Under the pieces are notes generated by a model. That model had not been told where the DNA came from. It was given only the letters and a program-made list of their open reading frames with translations, and did no database searches. A DNA stretch of 41,244 nt from assembly GCA_964534375.1 (NCBI GenBank), contig CAZHPN010000032.1, forward strand, positions 1 to 41,244, given 5' to 3'. This DNA comes from an uncultured bacterium. Its GTDB lineage: Bacteria; Lernaellota; Lernaellaia; Lernaellales; Lernaellaceae. Shown here piece after piece: positions 9,136-20,098 of this stretch. The first letter of the stretch is position 1; the number at the start of each line of letters is the position of its first letter. The position numbers were made by a program, and so were the translations under genes.

Positions 9136-9495
9136 ATGCAAAACAAAGGTTTCACCCTGATTGAGCTCATGATCGTGATTTCGATTATCGGCATCCTGGC
9201 CCTGATCGCGATCCCAAATTTCGCCGCGCTACGGCAACGAGCGTACGACGCTTCGGCGCAAAGCGCATCGTACAACTGCAAGATCGCCCAGGAAATGTTC
9301 TTCCAAAACAGCGGCGGCGTCGCCAACGGCTCGTACGCCACGTCTTTGGTGCAGTTGACCACTTGGGACACCAACCTCAACAAAGACGCGTCCGTGACGT
9401 TCTTGTTCAATACGTCCGGCTACACCTCGGGTTATACCTTCACGACGCACCATAACACCGGCACTCCGAACGGGTACTACGTCATCAGCAACTAG
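9136..9495 (+). CDS. pilA: Type IVa major pilin 2 (119 aa prepilin)
   Basis: MQNKG|FTLIEL leader; GAGGAGG RBS; 12 aa differences from pilin 1. Confidence 0.93.
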   Translation: MQNKGFTLIELMIVISIIGILALIAIPNFAALRQRAYDASAQSASYNCKIAQEMFFQNSGGVANGSYATSLVQLTTWDTNLNKDASVTFLFNTSGYTSGYTFTTHHNTGTPNGYYVISN

Positions 9496-9718
9496 CTGGC
9501 GTCCGTCGCGGCGCGGCAGCCGGCGCCGCTGGCAAAGCCCTCTGCCGCCGATCGCGGCCCGCTCCGGCGCCCGGCGCCTGGACCGTGTTCGTTTGTGCAA
9601 GAATGTCGAAATGTAAACGTTCCAAACTTTCCCACCGGGCCCTTTTTTTGTTTGCGAGACGGCATAAACTCCACATTGGAAAGTCCCGTTCTGTCACAAC
9701 ATATTCGTGGAGGTGCTC

Positions 9719-10936
9719 ATGCCGCATTTCGACACAGGAAACACCGGGTTTATGCTTCTCGCGACCAGTCTTGTGATGCTCATGACGCCCGGCCTTGCAT
9801 TCTTCTACGGCGGCCTGGTCAGCCGCAAAAACGTGCTCGATGTGATGATGCAAAGCTTCGTCTCGATGGGGTGGACTTCCGTCTTGTGGTACGTGTGCGG
9901 GTACTCGCTCTGCTTCTCCGGGGGCGAGGGCGGGCTTGTCGGGAACCTCGACATGGCCTTCTTTCGCGGCATCGATATCAACTCCGTCTTCCAGCCTTCG
10001 AACATTCCGCTGTGGGTGTTCTGCGCCTACCAGATGATGTTCGCCATTATTACGCCGGCGCTGATCACCGGCGCCTTCACCAACCGCGTGCGCTTCGTGC
10101 CGTACATGATTTTCCTGACCGTCTGGCTGATTTTCGTCTACTTCCCATTCGTCCACATGGTTTGGGGCAAGGGCCTGCTCGCGCAATGGGGCGTGCTGGA
10201 TTTCGCGGGCGGCATCGTCGTGCACGCGATCGCCGGCATGGCGGCGCTGGCCTCGGTCTTTTTCGTCGGCCGGCGGCGGGTGCTGGACCGCGGTCCGCAC
10301 AGCATTCCGCTGGTCGCGCTCGGCACCGGCCTGCTCTGGTTCGGCTGGTACGGTTTTAACGCCGGCAGCGAGCTGGCGGTTGACGGCGTGACCGCGCAAG
10401 CGTTCATCAACACCGACACCGCGGCCTCGTTCGCTGCGATCACGTGGCTGGCGATGGCCTGGATCTTCGAGAAGAAACCGAAATTCGTCGGTCTGCTCAC
10501 CGGGTCGGTGGCAGGCCTGGCGACGATCACGCCCTGCGCGGGCTTCGTGACGATTCACGCGGCCGTGCTCGTCGGCATTATCAGCGGCGTCGTCTGCTAC
10601 GGGGCCATCTACTACAAAAACCAACACGGCTGGGATGACGCGCTCGACGTCTGGGGCGTGCACGGCGTCGGCGGCGTGACCGGCACGATCCTGTTGGGCG
10701 TGTTCGCCTCGCAGGCGATCAACCCGGCGGTGACGGTGAACGGGTTGGCCTACGGCGAGTACACCTTCTTTCTCAAGCAGACCGCCGCCGTGTTGGGGGC
10801 GTCGGTTTACGCCTTCGCGTTCTCGTACGGCGCGCTCTGGGCGATCAACAAGATCACCCCCGTGCACACCTCCGCCATCGAAGAGGAGCAAGGCCTCGAC
10901 GAAACGATCCACGGCGAAAACGCCTATTATCTGTGA
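9719..10936 (+). CDS. amtB: Ammonium transporter
   Basis: LMTPGLAFFYGG, YQMMFAIITPAL, DFAGGIVVH, LLWFGWYGFNAGS and DDALDVWGVHG motifs; GGAGG RBS. Confidence 0.96.
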   Translation: MPHFDTGNTGFMLLATSLVMLMTPGLAFFYGGLVSRKNVLDVMMQSFVSMGWTSVLWYVCGYSLCFSGGEGGLVGNLDMAFFRGIDINSVFQPSNIPLWVFCAYQMMFAIITPALITGAFTNRVRFVPYMIFLTVWLIFVYFPFVHMVWGKGLLAQWGVLDFAGGIVVHAIAGMAALASVFFVGRRRVLDRGPHSIPLVALGTGLLWFGWYGFNAGSELAVDGVTAQAFINTDTAASFAAITWLAMAWIFEKKPKFVGLLTGSVAGLATITPCAGFVTIHAAVLVGIISGVVCYGAIYYKNQHGWDDALDVWGVHGVGGVTGTILLGVFASQAINPAVTVNGLAYGEYTFFLKQTAAVLGASVYAFAFSYGALWAINKITPVHTSAIEEEQGLDETIHGENAYYL

Positions 10937-11075
10937 TCGTCGGGGCGGAACGTCCGGCGACGAAGTCATGGTCCGGCCCCGCCGCAACCGCAGCGGGGCC
11001 GTTTCACGAACTCATCGCGGGAGCGCGGAATACGGGCAAAGGTTGAGAACGTGGAACCGGCGCCGGCCGCCGGCG

Positions 11076-11501
11076 TTAGAACCGGAATTCGCCCTCGATC
11101 AGCTCGACGTACTCGGCCTTGAGCGCAGCCACGGCTTTTTCGTAGTCGCTGACCTCGAGGACCAGGACGGCGTGTTCGCCCTTGCGCGCGACCGACATAT
11201 AGAGCCGGTCGATGTTGATTTTCGCCTCGCGCAGCGGCTTGATGACGGCCTTCAAGCCGCCGGGATGGTCGGGCGTGTAGGCGGCGATGACCGGCGTTTC
11301 CGAAACCGCGTAGCCGCCGGCTTGCAAGATCAACAGCGCTTTCGCGTGATCGTTGACGACCATCGCCAGCGAGCCGCGCGGCGCCTCGCTCGTGATGCTC
11401 AGCGCCTTGATGTCGATGCCCGCCTCGGCCAGCAATTCGCTGACGCCGGCCAGTCCGCCGGGGAGGTTGGGCAGCGCGACGACGATTTGCTTCGGTCCCA
11501 T
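11076..11501 (-). CDS. Tandem ACT-domain (amino acid-binding) protein
   Basis: Two ACT repeats (LPNLPGGLAGVSELLAEAGIDI; PDHPGGLKAVIKPLREAKINI). Confidence 0.85.
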   Translation of the reverse strand: MGPKQIVVALPNLPGGLAGVSELLAEAGIDIKALSITSEAPRGSLAMVVNDHAKALLILQAGGYAVSETPVIAAYTPDHPGGLKAVIKPLREAKINIDRLYMSVARKGEHAVLVLEVSDYEKAVAALKAEYVELIEGEFRF

Positions 11502-11514
11502 GCGGTCTCCTTCT

Positions 11515-12054
11515 CTATGCGGTTTTCCAGGCGAAACCGGCGCGCAAGGCTTGCACGTTCGGCTCGACCAGGTGCTGGCCTTTTTCGGCGAAGAGTTTGC
11601 GGACCGCCCGCTCCGTGCCGGCGAGGGTCAACAACTTCGTGTGCTGAATCATGACCCCGAGCATGACGATGTTCATGCCCTTGGGATTGCCGAGCTCGTT
11701 GGCGATCGTCACGACCGGCGCGCGCACGATGCGCACGTCGTCGCGAAACGGCGCGATCGTCACCAGGTCGGAATTGAGCAGCAACGCCCCGCCCTTGGCC
11801 ACGCTGTTTTGAAAACGCGTCAGCGAGGGGTTGTTCATCGCCACGACATACTCCGGCGCGCTCGCCACGGGGCTGGCGATCGGCTCGTCCGAGATCGACA
11901 CGGTGCAGTTGGCCGAGCCGCCGCGCACCTCCGGCCCGTAGGCCGGCAGATACGTCGTGTGGTAGTCCTCGTCCATCGCCGCCGTGGTCAGGCAATAGCC
12001 GATGAACAGCACGCCTTGTCCGCCAAAACCCGAAATCAATGTCTTGATCAGCAT
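11515..12054 (-). CDS. 2-oxoacid:ferredoxin oxidoreductase gamma subunit
   Basis: SGFGGQG, PAYGPEVRGGSANC and NIVMLG motifs; ATG at 12054. Confidence 0.92.
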   Translation of the reverse strand: MLIKTLISGFGGQGVLFIGYCLTTAAMDEDYHTTYLPAYGPEVRGGSANCTVSISDEPIASPVASAPEYVVAMNNPSLTRFQNSVAKGGALLLNSDLVTIAPFRDDVRIVRAPVVTIANELGNPKGMNIVMLGVMIQHTKLLTLAGTERAVRKLFAEKGQHLVEPNVQALRAGFAWKTA

Positions 12055-12803
12055 GCGTCGCCTCCGAGCCGCGGTTCCGCGAAAACGCCAAGCTTGAACG
12101 TCTTCACCATTTCTTCTTTCACGAAGCGATGCGCCGCCGGCGGGTCCATGTGCCAGTTGGTCGGGCAGGGCGACAGGATCTCGATCAGCGAATAGCCCAA
12201 GCCCTCGATCTGGCAACGGAAGCCGCGGGCGATCGCCTTTTTCGTCTGCAGAATATGCTTCGCATCGTGGACGCTGCACCGCTCGATGTACGTCGCGCCC
12301 GGAAGCTGCGAGAGCATTTCGCAGATCAGAATCGGATATCCCGCCAGCGCCGCGTCGCGGCCGTACGGCGTGGTCGTCGTGACCTGCCCGAGCATGGTCG
12401 TCGGCGCCATCTGCCCGCCGGTCATGCCGTACACGGCATTGTTGACGTAAATGACGGTGATCTTCTCGCTGCGGTTCGCCGCATGGATCGACTCGGCCGT
12501 GCCGATCGACGCGAGATCGCCGTCGCCCTGATACGAAAAGACCACGGCGTCGGGGCGGACGCGCTTGATGCCGGTCGCCACGGCGGCGCCGCGTCCGTGC
12601 GGCGCTTCGAGCATGTCGATGTCGAGATAGTTGTACGCCAAAACGGCGCAGCCGGCCGGCGGCACGCAGATCGCCCGCTCGCGGACGCCCAATTCGTCGA
12701 TCACCTCGGCGACGAGGCGGTGGATCAGGCTGTGGCCGCAGCCCGGGCAGTAATGGAACGGGACATCCAACAGCGTACGCGGACGCGCGAAGACCTGTTT
12801 CAT
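12048..12803 (-). CDS. 2-oxoacid:ferredoxin oxidoreductase beta subunit (TPP-binding, Vor-like)
   Basis: HYCPGCGH, YQGDGDLASIG, NNAVYGMTGGQMAPTT and SPCPTNW motifs. Confidence 0.93.
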   Translation of the reverse strand: MKQVFARPRTLLDVPFHYCPGCGHSLIHRLVAEVIDELGVRERAICVPPAGCAVLAYNYLDIDMLEAPHGRGAAVATGIKRVRPDAVVFSYQGDGDLASIGTAESIHAANRSEKITVIYVNNAVYGMTGGQMAPTTMLGQVTTTTPYGRDAALAGYPILICEMLSQLPGATYIERCSVHDAKHILQTKKAIARGFRCQIEGLGYSLIEILSPCPTNWHMDPPAAHRFVKEEMVKTFKLGVFAEPRLGGDAC

Positions 12804-13876
12804 GGCCGCGCCTCTTTCTTGATGCGGTGATAGATCTTGGCGATCGAGCGATACAACTCGACCGGCGTCGGCACCACGCCGCCCGGCCGGCCCGAGAAGT
12901 GAACCTGCGCCTCGGCCCCGACCGACAGCCGCACGTCATCAACCATCTGCCCCGTGTTCATTTCGAAAACGCAGAAATTCGTGCACGTGCGGCCGACCTC
13001 GGCGAACACTTTGCTCGGAAAGGGCCACAGCGTCTTCGGCCGGATCAAGCCGACCGCCATGCCGTCGGCCCGCGCCCGCTTGACCGCGCCTTTGGCGATC
13101 CGCGCGGCGGTGCCGAAGGCCACGACCGCCAGCTTGGCGTCCTCGGCGAACTCCGTCTCGGCCTCGGCGATTTTGCGCGAGATCAGCTCGTATTTGCGGA
13201 AGAGCTTCCAGTTGTGCTCCTCCATTTTCTGCACGTCGAGAATCAGCGACTTGATCAAGCGCGCCGGCCGGCCCTGGGCGCCGGAGATCGCGTACGGCCG
13301 CTCGGGAATCTCCCCGACCGGATGGGGCAGGATGACCGGTTCGCGGAACTGGCCGAGCATGCCGTCGCCGAGGATCATTACCGGCGTGCGGTATTTGTCC
13401 GCCAGTTCGAAGGCGCGCATCGTCGCCTGCATCAACTCCTGCACCGACGCGGGGGCGAGGACAATCACGCGGTAGTCGCCGTGGCCGCCGCCGCGCGTCG
13501 CCTGAAAATAATCCGACTGCGCCGGCGAGATGTTGCCCAGACCCGGTCCGCCGCGGTTCATGTTGACGATCACGGCCGGCAGCTCCATCGCCGCCAGGAA
13601 GCTGATGCCTTCCTGCTTCAGCGAAATGCCGGGACTGGAGGAACTCGTCATCGCCCGGACCCCGGCCGCCGACGCGCCGATGACCATGTTGATCGCCGCG
13701 ATTTCGCTCTCGGCCTGGATGAACACGCCGCCGTTGCGCTGGATGTTGGCCGCCATGTACTCGGGCAACTCGTTTTGCGGCGTGATCGGATAGCCAAAGT
13801 AGGCGCGGCAGCCCGCCCGCAACGCCGCCTCGCCGATTGCCTGATTGCCGGAAAACAGGACTTTTTTACTCTCCAC
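12800..13876 (-). CDS. 2-oxoacid:ferredoxin oxidoreductase alpha subunit (VorB-like)
   Basis: GYPITPQNE, QAESEIAAINM, TSSSSPGISLKQE and RGGPGLGNI motifs. Confidence 0.93.
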   Translation of the reverse strand: MESKKVLFSGNQAIGEAALRAGCRAYFGYPITPQNELPEYMAANIQRNGGVFIQAESEIAAINMVIGASAAGVRAMTSSSSPGISLKQEGISFLAAMELPAVIVNMNRGGPGLGNISPAQSDYFQATRGGGHGDYRVIVLAPASVQELMQATMRAFELADKYRTPVMILGDGMLGQFREPVILPHPVGEIPERPYAISGAQGRPARLIKSLILDVQKMEEHNWKLFRKYELISRKIAEAETEFAEDAKLAVVAFGTAARIAKGAVKRARADGMAVGLIRPKTLWPFPSKVFAEVGRTCTNFCVFEMNTGQMVDDVRLSVGAEAQVHFSGRPGGVVPTPVELYRSIAKIYHRIKKEARP

Positions 13877-14078
13877 GGAAAACCTCGATCGCCGCGTCGG
13901 GGCAGCGGATCGCGCACAAGGCGCAGCCGTTGCAGCCGGCGTTTTCGTCGAAAACGACCGGCACGTAGCCGGCCTCGTTCAACTCGGAACCCTGACGCAA
14001 CGCGTTCTTGTTGCAGACCTCAACGCATAGCAGGCACGCTTTGCAACGACCGAACGCGATAGTTATTCTTCCATTCAT
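13866..14078 (-). CDS. 2x[4Fe-4S] ferredoxin, oxidoreductase delta subunit
   Basis: CKACLLCVEVC and CNGCALCAIRCPD motifs; ATG at 14078. Confidence 0.9.
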   Translation of the reverse strand: MNGRITIAFGRCKACLLCVEVCNKNALRQGSELNEAGYVPVVFDENAGCNGCALCAIRCPDAAIEVFRGE

Positions 14079-14333
14079 CTTCCATCGTCTCCGCTTGTGG
14101 GGAAATGGAGAACCACTCGAAAAGCCGATTGTCAAAACCCACGTCCTCAAGTACCGTACCATGACAATTTGCGTCACACAACCGCGAATTTCTCCTGATA
14201 GCGATTATTCGCGCCAGCGGAACGTGGCCCGAGGGTGGACGCAACTACTTGAAATGTGGGGACCTTTTGGTTCCCGCAGCCGGATTGCCGGCCCACGACG
14301 CTGGAAATCGCCGGACGGCGCCGGAAAGGGCGG

Positions 14334-15365
<1,032 letters not shown>

Positions 15366-15366
15366 C

Positions 15367-16518
15367 GTGCCGCCGGAAACCGCCGCGATCGTCGGGTGCG
15401 GGCTGATCGGCGGCTCGCTGGCCCTCGCGCTCAAACGGCGCCGGCCGCCGTGGCGCGTCGTCTGCCTCGATCTTCCGGACCGGCTCGACGCGATCCGCGA
15501 CATGCAGGCCGGCGACGTGGTCGCGCCGCTCGCCGAGGCGGCGGCGCATCTGCCGCAGTGCGGGCTCGTCGTGCTGGCCTGCCCGGTCGAGGCGATGATC
15601 GCCGTGCTCGACCACGTGGCGCCGCATCTGGCGCCGGGCACGATCGTCGTCGACGTCGGCAGCGTCAAAACGCCGATCGTGCGGCACGCCTGGTCGGTCA
15701 TGCCGCCGGGCGTCTGGTTCGTCGGCGGCCACCCGATCGCCGGCCGCGAAGTGTCGGGCGTCGCGAACGCCGACGCGTTGCTGTTCAATCAGCGGGCATT
15801 TTTTCTCTGTCCGTCGCCGGACACCCCGCCGGCCGCGCTGCTCAAATTGCTCGGCGTTGTCGAAGACCTGCTGGCGATCCCGGTGACGATCGAGCCCGAA
15901 GAGCACGATCGGCTGCTGGCGGCCGTCAGCCATGCGCCGCAGATCCTGGCCGTGGCCTTGATGCACGCCGCGATGACAGCGGACAAGACCCACGACCTGC
16001 TCGAGAAGGCCGCCGGGCGCGGCTTCCTCGACATGACCCGCATCGCTGCTTCGGACGTCGGCGTCTGGCGCGGGATTCTCGCGGCGAATCGCGCAGCGAT
16101 CGACGAAGCGCTCGATCGGTTCGAATCCAGCCTCGCCGAGGTGCGCCGCGGCCTGGGCGGCGACGACCTCGAGCGGCTCTGGACCGAGGCCGCCGAACGC
16201 CGCCGGCGGATGACGCCGGAAAGCGCGCCGCGCCCGCGCCGCGGCGAACTGCGCAAGCTGGTCGATCAGTATGACGAGCAGTTGCTGAAGACGGTCGGGG
16301 CGCGGCTGCGGGCCGTGCGGCAGATCGGCCGCGAAAAGGCGCGCCGCAACGAGCCGGTCCTTGATCCGGATCGTGAGCGGCGCCTGCTGGCCGACCGGTT
16401 GGCGTGGGCGGAGGCGTGCGACGTGCCGCCGGACCTGGTGCAAGAACTGTTCGCGCTGTTGATGAAACACAGCCGGCAGATGCAGGCGCAGATGAAAGAC
16501 CCGAAAAAAACCACCTGA
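15367..16518 (+). CDS. tyrA: Prephenate dehydrogenase with C-terminal AroQ chorismate mutase
   Basis: [28 protein letters not shown] and [11 protein letters not shown] motifs, then [14 protein letters not shown]...IGREK...VLDPDRE (CM_2). Confidence 0.88.
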   Translation: MPPETAAIVGCGLIGGSLALALKRRRPPWRVVCLDLPDRLDAIRDMQAGDVVAPLAEAAAHLPQCGLVVLACPVEAMIAVLDHVAPHLAPGTIVVDVGSVKTPIVRHAWSVMPPGVWFVGGHPIAGREVSGVANADALLFNQRAFFLCPSPDTPPAALLKLLGVVEDLLAIPVTIEPEEHDRLLAAVSHAPQILAVALMHAAMTADKTHDLLEKAAGRGFLDMTRIAASDVGVWRGILAANRAAIDEALDRFESSLAEVRRGLGGDDLERLWTEAAERRRRMTPESAPRPRRGELRKLVDQYDEQLLKTVGARLRAVRQIGREKARRNEPVLDPDRERRLLADRLAWAEACDVPPDLVQELFALLMKHSRQMQAQMKDPKKTT

Positions 16519-16545
16519 CGCATCGGCGGGAAGGGCAGCGGAATC

Positions 16546-18435
16546 ATGCTCGTCATTTTGAAACCGGATTGCCGCGCGAGCGACAAGCAGAATCTGATGG
16601 AGTTCCTGCAAGCCGCCGGCTGCCGCGTGGTCGAGTTGAACTACGGCGAAGAGCCGTGCGTCGGCGCGGTCGGCGGCGACGCGATCGACCCGCTGCGGTT
16701 GCAGCTTTTCCCCGGCGTGTCGCGCGTTGTGCGCCTGTCCAAACCGTACAAACTTGCCAGCCGCGAGATTCACCCGGCCGACACGGTCGTGAAAATCGGC
16801 GGCGTCGCGGTGGGCGGCGCCCGGTTCGTGGTCATCGCCGGCCCCTGCGCGGTTGAAAGCGAAGAGCAGATTCTGCGCGCGGCAGAGATCGTCAAAGCCA
16901 GCGGCGCGGTCATTCTGCGCGGCGGCGCCTACAAGCCGCGGACGTCGCCGTACGCTTTCCAGGGCCTCGGCGAAGAGGGTCTGCGCCTGCTGGCGAAGGC
17001 GCGCGAACACACGGGTCTGCCGGTCGTGTCGGAGATCACCTCGCCGGAGTACATCGACCTGATGGTGAAATATTGCGACGCGCTGCAGGTCGGCGCCCGC
17101 AACATGCAGAATTTCGAACTGCTCAAGCGCGTCGGCCAGGCGGGCCTGCCCGTGGTGCTCAAACGCGGCATGTCGGCGACGATCGAGGATTGGCTGATGG
17201 CGGCGGAGTACATCCTCGCGCAGGGCAACCCGAATATCGTGCTGTGCGAACGCGGCATCCGCACGTTCGAGACGCTGACGCGCAACACGCTCGACATCTC
17301 GGCCGTGCCGATGCTCAAGGAACTGACGCACCTGCCGATCATCATCGACCCCAGCCACGCCACGGGCTTGCGCAACAAGGTGATGCCGCTGGCGCGCGCG
17401 GCCGCGGCGTGCGGCGCCGACGGCCTGATGGTCGAGGTCCATCCGCGGCCGGACGAGGCGCTGTCCGACGGCCCGCAGTCGCTCTACCCGGAGCAATTCG
17501 AGCGCTTGATGCGCGAAATCCAGGCCATCTGCCCGATCGTCGGCCGCCAACTCGACATGAACCTCGCCGTCAGCCGCCTGTCCGCGGGCCCGCCCGACGC
17601 GCGCCGGGTGGCGTACCAGGGCGCGCGGGGCGCGTTTTCCGAGCGCGCCGCCCGCCACTTCTTCGGCGACGACATCGTGGCGCTGCCGTGCGAGACGTTC
17701 GACGACGTGTTCGACACGTTGGCGCGGGGCGATGCCGCGTCGGCGGTCGTGCCGCTGGAAAACAGCAGCGGCGGCTCCGTGCACGAGGTCTACGATCTGC
17801 TGGTGCAGCATCGCGACATCCGCATTCACGGGGAGTTGCGGCTGCGGATCAGCCAGAACCTGATCGGCCATCCGGGCGCGACCCTCGACCAGATCCGCCG
17901 CGTCTATTCCCATTCGCAGGGCCTGACGCAATGCCGCCGCTACCTGCGCGCCCACGCCGATTGGGAGGCGATCCCGACCCTCGACACCGCCGGCGCGGTC
18001 GAATTCGTCAAGAAACGCGGCGACCCGGCCGAGGCGGCGATCGCCAGCGGCGAATCGGCGACGATTTACGGCATGAAGATTCTCGCCGACTCGATCGAAG
18101 ACCTCTCGGCCAACTACACGCGCTTCGCCGTGATCCGCCGCGGCGAGGACGCGCTCGACCGGCCCAACAAGATTTCGCTGGTCTACGCCACGGCGGACCG
18201 CCCGGGCGCGCTGCTGTCCACGCTGAACGATTTCGCCGCCCACGGCGTCAATCTCTCGAAGCTGGAATCGCGGCCGATCCTCGGCAATCCGCTCGAACAC
18301 ATGTTTTACGTCGATCTGGATCTCGACCCGGAAACGCCGGCCTTCGACGAGCTCCTCGAAGAGTTGAAGAAGAAGACCGTGCTGCTGCTCGACCTTGGCC
18401 ACTACCGCAAGGCGGAGCACCGCATCGATCAGTGA
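16546..18435 (+). CDS. Fused DAHP synthase / prephenate dehydratase with C-terminal ACT
   Basis: N-terminal ~335 aa is a type I-beta DAHPS; the rest has [28 protein letters not shown] and NLSKLESRP (PDT+ACT) in one frame. Confidence 0.9.
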   Translation: MLVILKPDCRASDKQNLMEFLQAAGCRVVELNYGEEPCVGAVGGDAIDPLRLQLFPGVSRVVRLSKPYKLASREIHPADTVVKIGGVAVGGARFVVIAGPCAVESEEQILRAAEIVKASGAVILRGGAYKPRTSPYAFQGLGEEGLRLLAKAREHTGLPVVSEITSPEYIDLMVKYCDALQVGARNMQNFELLKRVGQAGLPVVLKRGMSATIEDWLMAAEYILAQGNPNIVLCERGIRTFETLTRNTLDISAVPMLKELTHLPIIIDPSHATGLRNKVMPLARAAAACGADGLMVEVHPRPDEALSDGPQSLYPEQFERLMREIQAICPIVGRQLDMNLAVSRLSAGPPDARRVAYQGARGAFSERAARHFFGDDIVALPCETFDDVFDTLARGDAASAVVPLENSSGGSVHEVYDLLVQHRDIRIHGELRLRISQNLIGHPGATLDQIRRVYSHSQGLTQCRRYLRAHADWEAIPTLDTAGAVEFVKKRGDPAEAAIASGESATIYGMKILADSIEDLSANYTRFAVIRRGEDALDRPNKISLVYATADRPGALLSTLNDFAAHGVNLSKLESRPILGNPLEHMFYVDLDLDPETPAFDELLEELKKKTVLLLDLGHYRKAEHRIDQ

Positions 18436-18454
18436 AGCGCGCGGGTCGCGAAAT

Positions 18455-19720
18455 TCAAGCCGGCGGCGATGGTTGCCGCCCCGTGAGGTATTCGCGAATC
18501 CACGGCGCGATCTCCGGCGCCAGATAGAAACGCGGAAAGAGCAGATTCTCGTCGGCGCGGACGACGCCCTCGGCCGCCGCGCGCCGGGCCAGCGGCGTGC
18601 CGGGGTACAGCCGAATGCCGACCGTGATTTTCAGGCCGTCCAACTTCAGAGATTCGGCGAACACCAGGCTTTCCTCCACCGAGGCGCGCGTTTCGCCCGG
18701 GCCGCCGAGCAAGAGAAACCCGAAGCGGCGGATGCCGTGCTGCGCCAGCAAGGCGGCGACGCGCCGCACGTCGTCGGGCGTAAAGTGTTTGTTCAGTTCG
18801 CGCAGGATTCGCGCGCAGCCGCTCTCGAAACCGAGCGCGACCTCGACGCAGCCGGCGGCGGCCATCGCCTGCGCGAGTTCGGCCGAGAGCCGGTGCGGAT
18901 AGATGATGGCGCGCCAGCGGCTGTCGAGGCCGCGCGCCGCGATGAGCCGGCACAATTCCAGCGCCTGCGACTCGGGAATGTTGAACGAGTTGTCGACGAA
19001 ATAAAATTGCCGGAAGCCCGCGGCGGCGAGTTGCGCCAGGTGCTCGACCACGAGTTGCGGCGAACGCGAACGCGTGACGCGTCCCTGGATCAGCGCGGTC
19101 GAGCAGTACGAGCATTCGTTCGGGCAACCGCGGCGGCTCTGGATCGGAATCCAGATGTCGGCGTTGCCGCGCGGGACCGCGGCGAACGCCTCGGCGGCCG
19201 GCGCGGGCAGGACGGTCAGATCGGCGGCGAAAATCGCGGCCGCGGCGCCGGCGCCGCCGCGCACGTGCACGCCGGGCAGGGCGCTGGCGTCGCTGCCGCG
19301 TTCGAGTCGTTCGAGCAACAGCGGAAACACGGCCTCGCCGTCGCCGCTGACGCCGAAGTCGGCGCCGAGATAAGCGAGCGTTTCATCGGGGAAGATGCTG
19401 TAGCCCGCGCCGCCGAGCACGATCGGCGCCGACGTCGCCGCGCGGCATTCGGCGATCAACGGGCGCACTTTTTCCAACAGGAACCGCGGGCTTTCCATGT
19501 TCTGATCGTCGACGTTGCGCACCGACACGCCGATGACGCCCGGCGCGAAGGCCGCGATCGCCCGGCGCAACGCCGCCGCCGGCTCGGTCTCGAACATTAA
19601 ATCGAGAAACGCGACCTCGTGCCCGGCGCGCCGCGTCGCCGCCGCCACCAGCGCGAGCCCGACCGGTATGGTCGGCATGGTGATTTTTTCGGTGTTGGCC
19701 GAGACCAGCAGCACTTTCAT
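18455..19720 (-). CDS. B12-binding radical SAM protein
   Basis: N-terminal cobalamin-binding-like domain (GVSVRNVDD, VLGGAGYS), RGCPNECSYC motif and FVDNSFN. Confidence 0.9.
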   Translation of the reverse strand: MKVLLVSANTEKITMPTIPVGLALVAAATRRAGHEVAFLDLMFETEPAAALRRAIAAFAPGVIGVSVRNVDDQNMESPRFLLEKVRPLIAECRAATSAPIVLGGAGYSIFPDETLAYLGADFGVSGDGEAVFPLLLERLERGSDASALPGVHVRGGAGAAAAIFAADLTVLPAPAAEAFAAVPRGNADIWIPIQSRRGCPNECSYCSTALIQGRVTRSRSPQLVVEHLAQLAAAGFRQFYFVDNSFNIPESQALELCRLIAARGLDSRWRAIIYPHRLSAELAQAMAAAGCVEVALGFESGCARILRELNKHFTPDDVRRVAALLAQHGIRRFGFLLLGGPGETRASVEESLVFAESLKLDGLKITVGIRLYPGTPLARRAAAEGVVRADENLLFPRFYLAPEIAPWIREYLTGRQPSPPA

Positions 19721-19763
19721 GGGGGCGAGGGTAACACCCGGGGGCGCGCGACGTCAAAGAAGA

Positions 19764-19798
19764 AGGAAAAAGGAAAAAGGAAAAAGGAAAAAGGAAAA
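19764..19798. repeat. Heptamer tandem repeat (AGGAAAA)5
   Basis: Five perfect copies read directly. Confidence 0.9.
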
Positions 19799-20073
19799 AA
19801 TCGGCCAAGCGGAACGCCTCTCGATCGCCGGCGTGCAACCGTGGCCGCCGACTATCCCGGATTGGCCGGCCGGCGCGGCATTCGCCAGACGCCCGCCGGC
19901 CTCGCTGACGACTTCGACCAACTCCTGCGCCGCGGCATCGAAGGCGTCAAATGTTTCTGGGACCGAATCGCCGCCCTATTGAACGCGTCAAAGAGTTAAT
20001 CGACAAAAAGAAAGGTCAGAGTCTGCCGGTCGCGAATTGTAAAGGTTTTATTGGCGAAATTATCGCATTGCAG

Positions 20074-20098
20074 GAGATCCCTCGCTTCGCTCGGGATG
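20074..20098. repeat. Short REP-like palindrome
   Basis: GAGATCCCTCGCTTCGCTCGGGATG with ATCCC/GGGAT arms; single copy in this window. Confidence 0.35.

Noticed and set aside
9600..9718. sigma54 promoter or riboswitch upstream of amtB
   Set aside because: Only a degenerate GG-N10-GT and no recognisable RNA motif.
14162..14176. TGACAATTTGCGTCA, similar to the pilA1 enhancer palindrome, suggesting PilR control of aromatic biosynthesis
   Set aside because: No GG-N10-GC promoter found nearby on either strand; a single similarity is too weak.
19801..19999. Possible gene remnant ending FWDRIAALLNASKS
   Set aside because: No credible start or recognisable family.
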